From the NCBI GenBank assembly GCA_963842885.1, contig CAWJIE010000002.1, forward strand, positions 1-64,000: 64,000 nucleotides of DNA, in the 5' to 3' direction. This stretch comes from an uncultured Nitrososphaerota archaeon (lineage in GTDB: Archaea > Thermoproteota > Nitrososphaeria > Conexivisphaerales > DTJL01). The translations under genes were made by a program, and so were the position numbers. Under the pieces are notes generated by a model. That model searched no databases, had not been told where the DNA came from, and saw only the letters and a list, made by a program, of their open reading frames with translations. Shown here one piece after another: positions 21,075 to 31,078 of this stretch (the first letter of the stretch is position 1; every line of letters begins with the position of its first letter).

Positions 21075-22829
21075 GTGAAGTTCTGTCCTCGATGCAACAA
21101 CCGCATGAAAGCCGTTCGCCCAGGCTCGTCCGTCTGCGTCAGATGCGGATACAGGGAAGACACGAAGAAGGCCGGAAAGGATTCCACGCTGGCAGGCAGC
21201 TTCCCATACGAGTCGATGAGGCCGCACCAGAAGGAGGTCATCGAACAGATAGGGGCGGCCCTGGGCTCGAAACGGTTCATAATACTCGAAGCGCCCGTGG
21301 GGTTCGGCAAGTCCGCCGTCGCGGCCACCTTCTGCAGACACTTGGCCTCGGCCCACGTGCTGACGTCGACGAAACAGCTGCAGGAGCAGTACGCCGCCGA
21401 CTTCGGCTTCCCTGTAGTCAAGGGGAGGTCCAACTTCCGGTGCCTGGTGCCCACGACCTCCGGGGCGTTCCTGCAGTGCGACAAGGGGAGGTGCAGGGCC
21501 GACTGGAAGCTCAAGGACTGCCCCCACTACCTCACCTTCGAAGAGTACGAGGAGCACAAGCTGGGAAGGTGCGGGGGTGATTCCAAGTGCGAGCGGCTCA
21601 AGGACGGTAGGCTCTGCCTCTACTACGACCAGAAGTGGTCCGGGTTCGATGCTCCCAGCACGGTCTACAACTACCCGTTCTTCTTCAGCGAGATGAAGCA
21701 CGCAGGGGACATACCACACCGACGCCTCCTCGTCTGCGACGAAGTCCACGACCTTGAGAAGCAGATAGTGAGCTTCGCATCCTTCGCCCTCGAGAGAAGC
21801 GCGCTACAGCCCTATCATGACAGGGTCAGGCACGGAGAGAAGCTCGTCATACCCGACATGGGCAGGGACAATCCGGCCTCCTGGCTGGACGTGCTCCTCC
21901 GCTTCAAGGAGGAGCTTGAGGAGTTCCTGGATTCAAGCCATGCAGGAGACGACGAACAGGGGAGGGTCGCCGTATGCATGGACATGGTCGACGCGATCAT
22001 GAGCTTCGCGGAGGACCTCAAGGCGAATCCCACTAACTGGGTGGTGAGCAGCCTGGAGAAGGACGGTGAAGGCTCTGTCGAAGAGGTCGGGTTCCAGCCG
22101 ATCCTCGTCGGCAAGTATACGGCACCCCTCTTCAGCGTGGCTGATTCCATACTCCTGATGTCAGCCACGGTCTTCTCGAAGGAGAGGCTGTGCGACGTGC
22201 TCGGAATAAGAGAGGAGGAGGCATGCTTCGTCCGAGTGTCCGAGTCGTCGTTTCCGGTGGAGAACAGGAAGATACGCGCCCTGAACGTGGCCCAGCTGAA
22301 CCAGGCGACCATGGAGGCTTCCCTTCCAATCATCTCGCGGGCGATCGACGAGATAATGAGCAATCACCCGGGAGAGAGGGGGGTGGTACACACCACCTCA
22401 TACAAACAGGTCAACTACATAATGGAGCATCTCTCGGAACCGAACAGGGATAGGCTGACTACAACCGAAGGGAACCCCGATAGGTCTGGACTCCTGCGAG
22501 GGCACGGCGTGAAGACCGGGTCTGTCTTGATCTCCCCGAGCCTCTTCCAAGGGGTGGACCTGAAGGACGAGCTGTCCCGGTTTCAGGTCATAGTCAAGGT
22601 TCCATACCCGGACCTTTCCGACAGGAGGACCGCGGTGTTGCTTCAGAGGAACCAGACCTGGTATGACTGGCAGACGGCGCTCCGGCTAGTGCAGACCTAC
22701 GGCAGGAGCGTAAGGAGCGAAACGGACTATGCGGTCACGTACGTGCTCGATTCGCACTTCATGAGTTTCCTTCGCATCCATCGAGACCTTTTCCCGGCAT
22801 ACTTCCTTGAAGCCCTGGTGGAACGATAA
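21075..22829 (+). CDS. DinG/XPD-type SF2 helicase with N-terminal Zn ribbon
   Basis: CPRC..CVRC; EAPVGFGKS; DEVH; MSAT; GVDL; QTYGRSVRS. Confidence 0.9.
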   Translation: MKFCPRCNNRMKAVRPGSSVCVRCGYREDTKKAGKDSTLAGSFPYESMRPHQKEVIEQIGAALGSKRFIILEAPVGFGKSAVAATFCRHLASAHVLTSTKQLQEQYAADFGFPVVKGRSNFRCLVPTTSGAFLQCDKGRCRADWKLKDCPHYLTFEEYEEHKLGRCGGDSKCERLKDGRLCLYYDQKWSGFDAPSTVYNYPFFFSEMKHAGDIPHRRLLVCDEVHDLEKQIVSFASFALERSALQPYHDRVRHGEKLVIPDMGRDNPASWLDVLLRFKEELEEFLDSSHAGDDEQGRVAVCMDMVDAIMSFAEDLKANPTNWVVSSLEKDGEGSVEEVGFQPILVGKYTAPLFSVADSILLMSATVFSKERLCDVLGIREEEACFVRVSESSFPVENRKIRALNVAQLNQATMEASLPIISRAIDEIMSNHPGERGVVHTTSYKQVNYIMEHLSEPNRDRLTTTEGNPDRSGLLRGHGVKTGSVLISPSLFQGVDLKDELSRFQVIVKVPYPDLSDRRTAVLLQRNQTWYDWQTALRLVQTYGRSVRSETDYAVTYVLDSHFMSFLRIHRDLFPAYFLEALVER

Positions 22830-22863
22830 AGCACATCGGAGATTGCAGACAGAAGGGCGATCC

Positions 22864-22926
22864 GGTTCTGGGACGTCTTCGGTTGCTGTCGGTACTGGCG
22901 CCATCGCAGAACAACCGACGACAACA
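22864..22926 (+). repeat. Module E, copy 2
   Basis: Matches 16105-16167. Confidence 0.8.
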
Positions 22927-22961
22927 TGGCCTAGCCACTCTAGGGGTTTCGCATATCGTCT

Positions 22962-22977
22962 TTCCAGCAGCAATAGA
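22962..22977 (+). repeat. Module F, copy 2
   Basis: TTCCAGCAGCAATAGA. Confidence 0.6.
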
Positions 22978-23039
22978 CACCGGACTGCGTGTTCCAAGGT
23001 CTAGAGATAATAGCCCAAGTGACTATACCTAGTAGCCAG

Positions 23040-23603
23040 ATGAAGACGGACAGGAAGTGGATGGCGCTCGTCATTGGGTTCACCCTCATGGCTGCCATGC
23101 TGTTCGTCCCCATCGTCCCCATGAAAGACGTGGGCAGTACGCTTGTCACCCTTTCTCCGGCCAGCCCAGAGGGAATATCTCCCTCCGCCGCGCAGGATAA
23201 CTCTTCGGTCGCCTACTGCGAGGGCTTTCCTATCGGCAGCTCCCTGCCTCCCGGGTGCGCAGTGGAGAGCGACCCGTCGGGAACCCACTACTTCAGGGAC
23301 CTTGGCAATGGCACTTGGGAGACGGATCTGGCCACATACGAAAGCATGCTTCAGGATCCCTACTCCGGCTTCGGTGGCACTGTCCAAATCGTCAACGATA
23401 CGGTGTACTTCAAGGGTACGGCGCAGAGCAACCTCACCTCGGGTGGGCCTTACGGCCCACTGTCGTCGCTTAACTCTTTTGGGCCCGCGCCAGACGTATG
23501 GTACCTGCTGACTGTAGTGGAGTGGATTGCGGTGCCGCTGGTTCTGGGCTTCCTCCTGTTTCTGGTGTGGGAGCACGGTGGAAAGTGGGGCAAGTTGACT
23601 TGA
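23040..23603 (+). CDS. Hypothetical membrane protein (N- and C-terminal TM)
   Basis: Two hydrophobic helices around an S/T-rich loop. Confidence 0.65.
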   Translation: MKTDRKWMALVIGFTLMAAMLFVPIVPMKDVGSTLVTLSPASPEGISPSAAQDNSSVAYCEGFPIGSSLPPGCAVESDPSGTHYFRDLGNGTWETDLATYESMLQDPYSGFGGTVQIVNDTVYFKGTAQSNLTSGGPYGPLSSLNSFGPAPDVWYLLTVVEWIAVPLVLGFLLFLVWEHGGKWGKLT

Positions 23604-23821
23604 GAAGGGCTTACATTGCGGTCACGGTTGTCGTGGTGGCTTTCGTTGTTTTCGCCTTCTTCGTTCCGTTCATATCTGAGACTGTAAACCTGTGCCCCAC
23701 CAACGCTGCGTCTTGCCCAGCGATGGACAGTAATTACCCTGTCACCGATTCCTTGACTTACCACTTCTTTCGTTTCGGAGTTGTGGCGTCCAGTTACTTT
23801 TACCGAATCTTAACATCGTGA
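23600..23821 (+). CDS. Small hypothetical membrane protein
   Basis: TTGA start/stop overlap; TM ending FFVP; Cys pair. Confidence 0.55.
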   Translation: MRRAYIAVTVVVVAFVVFAFFVPFISETVNLCPTNAASCPAMDSNYPVTDSLTYHFFRFGVVASSYFYRILTS

Positions 23822-23875
23822 GTTCTGCTTCGCATTAGAATCTGGTCGCTGTAGGGTGCTCTCCTTTCGTCTCAC

Positions 23876-23942
23876 TCAACCAACCTATTGTTCCAATAAC
23901 ACAATGATGAATCAAGTCAGCCCATTTTCGCAGGTCCAAGCC
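23876..23942 (+). repeat. Module A' + core D, copy 4 (23928-23942)
   Basis: CAACCTATTGTTCCAATAACACAATGATGAA...GTCAGCCCATTTTCGCAGGTCCAAGCC. Confidence 0.9.
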
Positions 23943-24072
23943 AACGTTTGAGGCTGGTGGTCATCGTCATTCTTTACAGCGGCAATAGATGTCCAAGGCT
24001 TGAGGCAGCCTCTCGCAGGCTTGAGTGAGGCAACCCCTCGCAGGCTTGGGAGAGGCATCATTCAAATAGGAC

Positions 24073-26577
24073 TTGCCAGCATTTTCAATTGTGCAGAATT
24101 GGGTGCTGGCGACGGTCGTGGTGCTTCTCCTGCTGGTCGCAGGCTCGACCCTCTTCCTGCTCCATCCCCCAGCCTCCGCCGAAGACAGCTCGGCGCCCAC
24201 GGACCAGGTAACGCCTTCTCGGGCCCCGTGGTTCCTCGGCGCCGTTACGACGCAGCAGGCGACGGCGCAGGAGATTGACGCAGAGTTCTACGTCCCGCAA
24301 GGGATGCCCGGCGTCGCGGACACCTACTATCCTCTCATGGCGTCCGCCTACGACTCCAATTCGAGCTACGACCAGATAGGAATCCTTGCCTGGCATGGCA
24401 CGTGGTCCGCGACGACATCGAGCACCGTCGTGAACGGCACCACAACCGTCTACGATACTCAGGTCTGGGAGGAGCTCCCCTCCGGCTATTACTGGTTCAG
24501 GATGGCGATATCGAGTGGCGTCGTCACGTACACGGTGGCTGCGGAGAACGGCTCCGTCCTCCTCGACGAGGAAGCGCGCACAGGCGGGGGATACTTCCTC
24601 GTCTCGTCCTCTTTCCTGAACAACTACACTTTCACCTCATCCATGGGCTATACCGTCTTCGAAGAGGTCTACAATGCCACCGGCGGTGTGCCCGCCTTCA
24701 ACCTGTTCTGCAGGGAGAGCTATTTCGTCTCTAACGGGACGAGGTTCGAATCCAGCTGGACGGCGTTTCAGTCGGGGAGCGTGCCATCGGGGATCGGCGT
24801 CTCGATCAACGGCTCCTCTCTGATAATCAGGAACGTCTCGCCCCTCGTGACCCTTGCCAGCGACAAGTCCCAGTACTACACGAAGGAGTCCATCCTGCTT
24901 TCGGCTGACGCCGTCGGAACCGTGGGGGAGATCACCTATGGCTGGTACGTAGACGGGCTGCAATCAGCCGCCACCGAGGGCCCCGACTTCAACCTGACAC
25001 TCGGAACGGCCTCCGTCTATCAGGTGGAGGTGGAAGTGCAGGACGCCACAGGGACCTTGGCCAGCAACGTGCTGGAGCTGGCTGTGACCAAGATATTCCT
25101 CACAATCTCCAGCGAACTTGGGACGGTCACGGGGGCTGGCCTCTACGATTATGGAGACCTGGCGGCGGTCGTCGTGACCCCGGCGGCCATATCGACCGGA
25201 ACCGGGACGAGGGTAGCGCTCACCGGATGGCAGAGCACATCGTCGGACGGGTATGTCGGCTCAAATCAATCCTTCGTCATCCTCCTTGACCACAACGTCA
25301 CCGAAGTCGCGACGTGGACGAACCAGAGCCTCGTCAGCTTCAGGTCGGACCCCGCCGGCCTCTCTCAGGACGCATGGTACGACTGCGGGCCGGAGAACAT
25401 CACCCTTCCAGCGGTCTGGAGCAACGACTCGTACAGCAGGATGTCCCTGACGGGCTTCACCGTCGACGGCGTCTACACGCCGACCGGCAGGGAGGGGTGG
25501 GTCTTCTCCACCGACCTGGAGGAACCTGTGACGCTGAACCTCAACGGAGTTCAGCAGTACAGCATCATCCTGGAGGGCTACGACGGGCCCTACAACTCCA
25601 GCTCGCAGACGGGAGACCTGTGGTTCGATTCGGGCTCGGACGCCGTGGTGAGCCTCCCTCTCAACTTCACCCAGGGCCTCACCAGGAGCGTGTTCTTGGG
25701 ATGGGAGAATGGCTCCACTGATAACACCGTCACATACCCTGCGATAGACAGCAGCCACACCCTCACCCCCGTTTTCAAGCTGCAGTACTTCGTGTATGTC
25801 GGAGTCAACTATGTCTTCTCTCCCATCCCGGTGGAGCTGACTGTTGGCCCTCCGAATGGCTATCTTTCCCTGCCTTCAATCCCACTGGGTGCTGAAGGAG
25901 CCTGGTTCGACTCGGGCTCCTTGATACCCACCGCCTTGGAGGCTTGGAGTCAGGCCGGGGTGAACGACTCGAGACTCACGCTGTATTACGTCTATATGTC
26001 CTTCACAGCGAACGACACGGAATCCGGCGTGATCTATCCCGTATCGTATGGTCTGCTATACGGCGTTACAGGGGGGAGTATCAACGCCTCCTCGGTGTCG
26101 CTGTCCAGCATAACCAGTTTGGGAATCAACGGTACCCTCCCCCCCTTCCAGCTGCCCAGCGATGAAATGCCGAAGATCGAAGGGAGACAGCTGGTCGTGG
26201 ACAGGCCTCTCTATCTCGAGTACCTTTACTCCCCCGAATTCTATTTCAGCCTGAAGACCCCATTCGGCGGCTTCGAAGGGTGGGTGGCCCAGAATTCGGG
26301 TTCCCCGCCGAACGTTGCATCGGGGGAATTCTCCTACAGCGCTCCCGACTTGGCCGGCTTCCTTGGAACCCAGAGGTTCGCCGGATGGGTGGGGACCGTG
26401 AACAGCACTTCGCCTACCCTGGACCTGACCGTAAGCCAATCCTACGTGGAGACCGCGCATTACGTTACGGACATCGGAGCGGTGGCCTCCATCGTCGCGG
26501 CCGTAGCCGCGCTCGTGATAGGGGCATATTTCATGCTGAGCCAGCGTTACTCATCACGCACTCGGAAACGAATTTGA
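24073..26577 (+). CDS. Large secreted surface glycoprotein with C-terminal TM
   Basis: Signal peptide, many N-x-S/T sequons, GAGLYDYG/WFDSGS/FLGW repeats, TM plus basic tail. Confidence 0.8.
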   Translation: MPAFSIVQNWVLATVVVLLLLVAGSTLFLLHPPASAEDSSAPTDQVTPSRAPWFLGAVTTQQATAQEIDAEFYVPQGMPGVADTYYPLMASAYDSNSSYDQIGILAWHGTWSATTSSTVVNGTTTVYDTQVWEELPSGYYWFRMAISSGVVTYTVAAENGSVLLDEEARTGGGYFLVSSSFLNNYTFTSSMGYTVFEEVYNATGGVPAFNLFCRESYFVSNGTRFESSWTAFQSGSVPSGIGVSINGSSLIIRNVSPLVTLASDKSQYYTKESILLSADAVGTVGEITYGWYVDGLQSAATEGPDFNLTLGTASVYQVEVEVQDATGTLASNVLELAVTKIFLTISSELGTVTGAGLYDYGDLAAVVVTPAAISTGTGTRVALTGWQSTSSDGYVGSNQSFVILLDHNVTEVATWTNQSLVSFRSDPAGLSQDAWYDCGPENITLPAVWSNDSYSRMSLTGFTVDGVYTPTGREGWVFSTDLEEPVTLNLNGVQQYSIILEGYDGPYNSSSQTGDLWFDSGSDAVVSLPLNFTQGLTRSVFLGWENGSTDNTVTYPAIDSSHTLTPVFKLQYFVYVGVNYVFSPIPVELTVGPPNGYLSLPSIPLGAEGAWFDSGSLIPTALEAWSQAGVNDSRLTLYYVYMSFTANDTESGVIYPVSYGLLYGVTGGSINASSVSLSSITSLGINGTLPPFQLPSDEMPKIEGRQLVVDRPLYLEYLYSPEFYFSLKTPFGGFEGWVAQNSGSPPNVASGEFSYSAPDLAGFLGTQRFAGWVGTVNSTSPTLDLTVSQSYVETAHYVTDIGAVASIVAAVAALVIGAYFMLSQRYSSRTRKRI

Positions 26578-26602
26578 AGCGGTCTTGACGATATCATAGT
26601 AC

Positions 26603-26618
26603 TTCCAGCAGCAGTAGA
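26603..26618 (+). repeat. Module F, copy 3
   Basis: TTCCAGCAGCAGTAGA. Confidence 0.55.
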
Positions 26619-26650
26619 TAACCAAAAGTACCCATGAAAGGGCGATTCGT

Positions 26651-26713
26651 GTTTGTCTAAGCTACAGATTGGACAAACTTAAAACTGAGTCAGCCCATTC
26701 GCAGGTCCAAGCC
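26651..26713 (+). repeat. Module C (26651-26678) + core D, copy 5 (26699-26713)
   Basis: GTTTGTCTAAG-CTACAG-ATTGGACAAAC; D starts 21 nt after C ends. Confidence 0.9.
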
Positions 26714-26847
26714 CACGTCCAGCCAGGGGTTCCAGCCAGACTGGTTTCGAACCTTGTTGTCATAGCTAGTCATGAGTTACCTTGACATGAATTCACCGCA
26801 GGTGGGGATGCGAAGTACCTGCAGGTTAGGCTCGTGCACGCGATGCG

Positions 26848-27627
26848 TTATTCCCAGCGGAAGTAACGGATCGCTATGAATGAGAAGATAAGTGCGTAAA
26901 CGACCATCGTAAGTATAGTGGTAAGCGGCGGAGTGGCATTAAAGACCGAATAAAGTAGAACCCTAACGGCCGCGCCAGACGGAGAATAGTACATGATCGT
27001 CGCCAATGGCCCACCTACCGTGGCAGGCGGAACCCAGAGACCTGAAAGGAAGAGCAAGAGAAAGGTCAGCAACCCAGTCAAGCCGGTTGCGACCGACTGT
27101 GATGGAACCAGGGCCGCAACAACCAAGCCAAGAGAAAATATCACCGCAATCGAGAGAACGACCGAGAGAACAAAGTACGGAATACTTACGTCAAGTGGCG
27201 CCCCGAAGATCAATTCGCTTCCAAAGATGACAATCAAGATTGCCGCCAAGGCCAGCACGAGGTTGACGCTCAATTGGGCTCCGAGCAGTCTCGAGGGAGA
27301 CTCTGGAGTCGTTGAGACTCTTCGCAGCCACCCCATCTCCCGATACCTCACCAGGGTGACAGGCAAGATATAGATTCCCAGGAAAATAAATGCAAAAACC
27401 ATGATTATTGGAACGTAAAGGTCCAAGACTGTATAGCCTGTATTGGCCACGTTCCCTGGGTTTGCTATTCCGATGAGGCCGAATACTACGAGCAGGATGA
27501 TTGGAACACCGATCCCCACCCCCAATCCTGTTGGTTCTCGCAGGGCGAGCTTCCCCTCGACCTTGAGGAGTTCCGCAAAGTGGCCCCGTGATTCCTTCTC
27601 TTTCGATTCGCCCGGGACCGAGGTCAT
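26848..27627 (-). CDS. ABC-2 type permease
   Basis: YREMGWLRRVSTTP; six TMs; ends FRWE. Confidence 0.9.
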   Translation of the reverse strand: MTSVPGESKEKESRGHFAELLKVEGKLALREPTGLGVGIGVPIILLVVFGLIGIANPGNVANTGYTVLDLYVPIIMVFAFIFLGIYILPVTLVRYREMGWLRRVSTTPESPSRLLGAQLSVNLVLALAAILIVIFGSELIFGAPLDVSIPYFVLSVVLSIAVIFSLGLVVAALVPSQSVATGLTGLLTFLLLFLSGLWVPPATVGGPLATIMYYSPSGAAVRVLLYSVFNATPPLTTILTMVVYALIFSFIAIRYFRWE

Positions 27628-28602
27628 GGTTGGACCCCTCCTGAAGCACCGGACACGTCGTCCCTGGTCAGCTTCACGAACGCATCGTCAAGGTTTCCTC
27701 CTCTTGCTTCTATATCGGAGACGTGCACTCCAATTCTCGCGAGTGAGTTGATGACAGATGCTGCCTAGATCGCCCGTGCCTGTGACGGTTATGTATCTTT
27801 CTTTCCTCTCGATTTGATTCACACCAGGTATGGCATACAACGTCTTGTCGTCAACTGGCTGTGACGGGACAAAACGCACCCTGTTCCCTCCTGCCTGCGC
27901 TGCGATCGCTTCAGGCGTGTCCAGTGCTCTAAGCATACCATGGTTGATGAGGGCGAGGCGGTCACACAATCTTTCCGCCTCATCCATGTAGTGAGTGACC
28001 AGTATCACGGTGACGCCGCGTTCCCTCATGCGTTCTATGAGGGCCCATGTCTCACGCCTTGCTTCCGGATCTAGTCCCGTAGTCAACTCATCCAGTATGG
28101 CTACCTTAGGGTTTCCCACCAGGGCAAGCGCTATCGACAACCTCTGCTTCTGACCGCCGGACAACTTCTTGAAAACCGAATTCTCGATCTCCTTGATTCC
28201 CAGTGACTCGAGCAGTTCGTTCGTATCTAGTGGATTCGAGTAGAAAGAGGCGAAAAGTCTCACCGCCTCTCCTACCTTGAGGCGCGGAGGGAGCTGGCTT
28301 TCCTGCAGTTGAACACCGACAAATTCTCTTATCCTGTTCCTATCCTTCTGCGGAGAAAGCCCATAGACACTGATTAATCCTGAATCCGGAACGCGAAGTC
28401 CAGAGATACACTCCACCGTGGTGGTCTTGCCAGCACCGTTAGGTCCGATGATTCCAAAAATCTCTCCTTCCTGTATCGAGAAGGAAACGTCGTTGACTGC
28501 AACGAATTCCCCATACCTTTTGACAAGATGTTGAACCGTGACCACCGATTCAGATTCCGTGTGCAAGCCCCCCGATGAATCAGGAACTTGAGGACGACTC
28601 AT
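27624..28602 (-). CDS. ABC multidrug-type ATP-binding protein (C-terminal frameshift)
   Basis: GPNGAGKT, LSGGQKQR, ILDELTTGLD, THYMDEAE. Confidence 0.9.
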
Positions 28603-28843
28603 TAGATCACATCAACGGACGAACAGGCCCCACGATAGAATTGAGCTGCTCACCGGCGAAGGCCGGCCTTTCAACACTGGTTCCACCCGAGTCCTTCCAT
28701 CGTCCAGCTACCCTGCCATCATCTACGAGATAAGGATGACTAGCTATCGAAACTTGGAGCACCACCCAAGCCTGCCGACCCTCAGCCGCTAGCTAGGGCA
28801 TTTAACTCGTCATGAAACCCTACGCATTAGTCGACACATTTCT

Positions 28844-28858
28844 TCGCAGGTCCAAGCC
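28844..28858 (+). repeat. Core D, copy 6
   Basis: Exact 15-mer. Confidence 0.95.
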
Positions 28859-28926
28859 CACGTCTGAGGGCCACGGTTGTAGTATAGCCTTCTTGCGAGA
28901 GGCGAGGTTCACCAAGAAATCTACTA

Positions 28927-29247
28927 TCATAGGATTGCCATAGCCAGTCCAGGGAGGAAGCCAAGCGCCCCAACCCAGCGGACAGAGCCCTTCAAGCGAA
29001 GAATGATGACAGATGCGACGGTGGCAAGAGGAAGGAATTGAAGGCCCCAAGTGAACAAGCTGTTGTAAAGATAGGACTCTGACGGAGCCAGCGTATCAGG
29101 AGTGACAACAACCCAAGCAATCCTGTAGAAGAATCCGAGAATGAATCCAGCTGAGAACCCAGTAAAGAACCGCCTCCACCGACTCATTGAACTGGATAAC
29201 GCCCAGGTCCATTTTGAATCTTCCTTCCACTCACCATGATAACACAA
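28927..29247 (-). CDS. Small hypothetical membrane protein (3 TM); start uncertain
   Basis: Only plausible ORF between D copies 6 and 7. Confidence 0.55.
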   Translation of the reverse strand: MCYHGEWKEDSKWTWALSSSMSRWRRFFTGFSAGFILGFFYRIAWVVVTPDTLAPSESYLYNSLFTWGLQFLPLATVASVIILRLKGSVRWVGALGFLPGLAMAIL

Positions 29248-29283
29248 AGACGAAGGAAGTCAGCCCATTCGCAGGTCCAAGCC
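29239..29283 (+). repeat. Partial A' + core D, copy 7 (29269-29283)
   Basis: ATAACACAAAGACGAA...GTCAGCCCATTCGCAGGTCCAAGCC. Confidence 0.9.
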
Positions 29284-29316
29284 TTCACAGAGAGCAAAGT
29301 TATCACATTTGACCTC

Positions 29317-30672
29317 TTAGAGCAGAACGATGACAATGTCTCTTATGCAGTCTATAAAGGTGAGACCTATCACAAGCCAAAGTGCTATGATGAGAAGGAA
29401 GTCCGCGGTGGTGTTCGGATTTCTCGGTTTTGACTTTCCTCTCCTTCGCCTTCTCTTTTCGAATCGATGAACGAAGAAGTTCGCTAATAGAAATGGAGTT
29501 GCTATCAGGAGAACATGGAGGACTGTAGAGATAAAGAAATTGAATGTTGAGGCAAATGTCCAAACCTCAAGTGGGTTGCTTTCGTGCACCAACCCCCTCT
29601 GTACTCCATAGAGGGACACGATGCTGGCTAGAAAATTCGCTGAGACGCTCCAAAGCCACCCGTAGGAAATGGTGTCGTGCTCGAATTCTGATATGTCAGG
29701 ACCTCCAACAGGAACGAAGATCTTGGTCAGCCACTTGAGAGCAATGTTGTTTTTCTTTTCGAAGACAGAGAGGAGGCAGCCGCTCAGGACGATCCACGCG
29801 GCGTAGGTGCCTATGGTGAGGGTGACGATGACGGATGATTCCATCTGCGCGAGTGCTGTCCGTTGTGCCACCTGTGTGATGACGGAGGCCAGAATTCCCC
29901 CCAGGGCCACCATTGAAAACAGCTGCTTCATGCCGACTTCATGAGGTCGACCATATAGGAGGAAGCCGAGGCAGAAGGCGAGGACAGGACCCGACAGTAG
30001 TTGCGCGAGGTCGGTGTACCACGGTGGAAAATTCCCAGGAGGATAGAGCAGATAGTCGATGGCGACCGACCCTGCTCCTACCGCTACGAAGCCTATTACC
30101 AGCCAAGCTGCGAGGAGGAAGCTCTTACTGCGGGCGGGGCTGGCTATCGTAAGGGCACCTCGGCGCCACTGCGAAAGGAACGCCCCTGCCAGCATGACCA
30201 GTGAGACGTTGAGCGCGTTCTCCAGCGCGCCCACTGTGTTGTTTTGTATGAGGGATTGTATGAAGGGCATGCTCAGGTCGAGCTGATAGCTGCACGTACC
30301 AGATGCGTTGGCGAGATAGGGAGGGAGTCTAATGCAGCCCTGTGTAATGGTCATGGGCACCATCCCGACCAGGAACCCAGCGGCCAGGGTCATGACGAAG
30401 ATCCCCATCAGGTCGAACGACTTGAGCCTCTGCTGGACGAAATACCCTGCGAAAGGCACCAGCACCAGATACAGAACGAAGAACGAGATCTGGGACGCCA
30501 CAATGTAGCCCAAAGGGCGTGGGGCAAACGAAGGAGGGACGACCAGGTATTCCTCCGCGAAGCTGACCGCCCAGAGGAGGAGGGCGACGCCGAACCACAC
30601 TCCCCACACCCCCCAGTTCCTTTTCGGCGTGGGTGCTTGTGATGGTTCTCCCGCCGCGACGTCCTCTGACAT
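29317..30672 (-). CDS. Hypothetical polytopic membrane protein
   Basis: Many TM segments; lower-GC C-terminal part with ESNPL motif. Confidence 0.7.
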   Translation of the reverse strand: MSEDVAAGEPSQAPTPKRNWGVWGVWFGVALLLWAVSFAEEYLVVPPSFAPRPLGYIVASQISFFVLYLVLVPFAGYFVQQRLKSFDLMGIFVMTLAAGFLVGMVPMTITQGCIRLPPYLANASGTCSYQLDLSMPFIQSLIQNNTVGALENALNVSLVMLAGAFLSQWRRGALTIASPARSKSFLLAAWLVIGFVAVGAGSVAIDYLLYPPGNFPPWYTDLAQLLSGPVLAFCLGFLLYGRPHEVGMKQLFSMVALGGILASVITQVAQRTALAQMESSVIVTLTIGTYAAWIVLSGCLLSVFEKKNNIALKWLTKIFVPVGGPDISEFEHDTISYGWLWSVSANFLASIVSLYGVQRGLVHESNPLEVWTFASTFNFFISTVLHVLLIATPFLLANFFVHRFEKRRRRRGKSKPRNPNTTADFLLIIALWLVIGLTFIDCIRDIVIVLL

Positions 30673-30754
30673 TCGGAGATGGCTTGCTTGACCCTCCGAT
30701 TTAAAATATCATGTTCTGGTGGCTGAGGTCTCAGGTGGGCATGGTTCCCTCTAT

Positions 30755-30777
30755 CCATTTCGCAGCCCCAAGCCCAC
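30755..30777 (+). repeat. Degenerate core D
   Basis: CCATTTCGCAGCCCCAAGCCCAC. Confidence 0.7.
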
Positions 30778-30802
30778 ACCCGACCGCCTCAGTCTGATTA
30801 TT

Positions 30803-30980
30803 CTATTGTTTTCAATAACATAAAGATGATTAACCTATTGAGAGGTCGTCGTCGGTCAGGATTCCCGTCTTGGCCAGATGACAGGTCACAGGGAAGGCCC
30901 TGAAAGTACAATTCGTGTTTGTCTAAACTACAGGTTGGGCAAACTTAAGCCTGGGTCTGCCCCTTCGCAGTCACAAGCTC
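30803..30980 (+). repeat. Composite A+B+C, copy 2 (C at 30917-30944) + degenerate D at 30965
   Basis: GTTTGTCTAAA-CTACAG-GTTGGGCAAAC; TCGCAGTCACAAGC 21 nt later. Confidence 0.9.
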
Positions 30981-31078
30981 GCGACACGACCCGAGAGGCA
31001 CTGATTCCAAAACCACGCCTTCGGTTGCTCGGGACGCCCATACAGGGATACTGACCCTATGCTAAGACACCTGATCCA

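Noticed and set aside
21075-22829. Helicase as CasDinG of a type IV CRISPR system
   Set aside because: No csf genes or array; it looks like a stand-alone archaeal DinG/XPD-type helicase.
14751-26618. Module F as an archaeal origin recognition box
   Set aside because: Only TTCCAG is shared; no G-string, clustering or adjacent orc1/cdc6.
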